The notes under the pieces: model-generated
Database searches by the model: none
What the model was told of the DNA's origin: nothing
What the model saw: the letters and a program-made list of their open reading frames with translations, nothing else
Made by a program: the position numbers and the translations under genes
IMG/VR virus record: IMGVR_UViG_3300003320_000592
Location: 1,054-65,053 of that record
From: a virus
DNA length: 64,000 nt
Reading direction: 5' to 3' (one strand)
Shown: positions 63,763-64,000 of the stretch, one piece after another
How the letters are laid out: every line of letters starts with the position of its first letter
How positions within the stretch are numbered: the stretch's first letter is position 1

Positions 63763-64000
63763 ATGCCGAAATTCGACGCAGGGTCCGTAGTCGAGCCACT
63801 CGCCTACGACTTCACCACGATCAAGGGATATCCGCACAAGCGGGCAAAGGGCGAGATCCAGGAGCCCACCGACGAGCAGATCGCCACGTTGCTCGGCGCG
63901 CTGCGCGAGTCGATGAGCGACGCCGGGAAGATGGTGGGCTCCGGCAACGAGGTGCAGGACTTCACCGACCCGGCCGCGTTCCTGCACCAGCTCGACAACT
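63763..64000 (+). CDS. Probable tail assembly chaperone (truncated by window end)
   Basis: MPKFDAGSVVEPLAYDFT...IQEPTDEQI; position after tail genes. Confidence 0.55.
   Translation, partial: MPKFDAGSVVEPLAYDFTTIKGYPHKRAKGEIQEPTDEQIATLLGALRESMSDAGKMVGSGNEVQDFTDPAAFLHQLDN

Noticed and set aside
142-64000. Many long overlapping ORFs in the track (e.g. 874-3120 -, 978-3224 part, 13881-15983 +, 18681-20948 +, 46938-49442 -)
   Set aside because: Shadow frames typical of about 70% GC DNA: Arg/Gly/Pro-rich, no motifs, no RBS. Only the 46447-47085 and 30597-31232 overlaps carry recognisable domains and start signals.

Overview
A high-GC (about 70% by eye) actinobacterial siphophage genome, apparently almost complete and circularly permuted. 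The window opens in the distal tail genes and closes at the tail assembly chaperone, so mainly the tape-measure region is missing. Gene order: tail tip and accessory tail proteins (1-11.1 kb, +); holin-like genes; a leftward replication/recombination arm (HTH regulator, SSB-like protein, intein-containing Sak4/AAA_24 ATPase, Cas4-like exonuclease, SNF2 helicase, RuvC-like resolvase, family A DNA polymerase; 12.4-24.1 kb); prim-pol and a P-loop helicase-like gene; an AT-rich repeat region before a small-terminase-like gene; about 14 kb of small accessory genes (C5 DNA methyltransferase, MazG-like, SLOG, PQ-loop, WhiB-like, secreted proteins); GH25 endolysin and two papain-fold enzymes; intein-containing TerL, portal, MuF, head-associated proteins, protease/scaffold, capsid, tail tube and connectors. 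No integrase, tRNA or CRISPR array was recognised. Most striking observation: the TerL intein has no in-frame endonuclease, but a complete NUMOD3-HTH-HNH endonuclease gene with its own leaderless promoter lies on the opposite strand inside the intein while the intein frame stays open. Other highlights are a methyltransferase whose target-recognition-like repeats lie in a nested alternative frame, a 2H phosphoesterase bracketed by candidate protease sites in a head protein, and a 12-bp motif at many promoters. All functional calls are from motif recognition by eye, not database searches.
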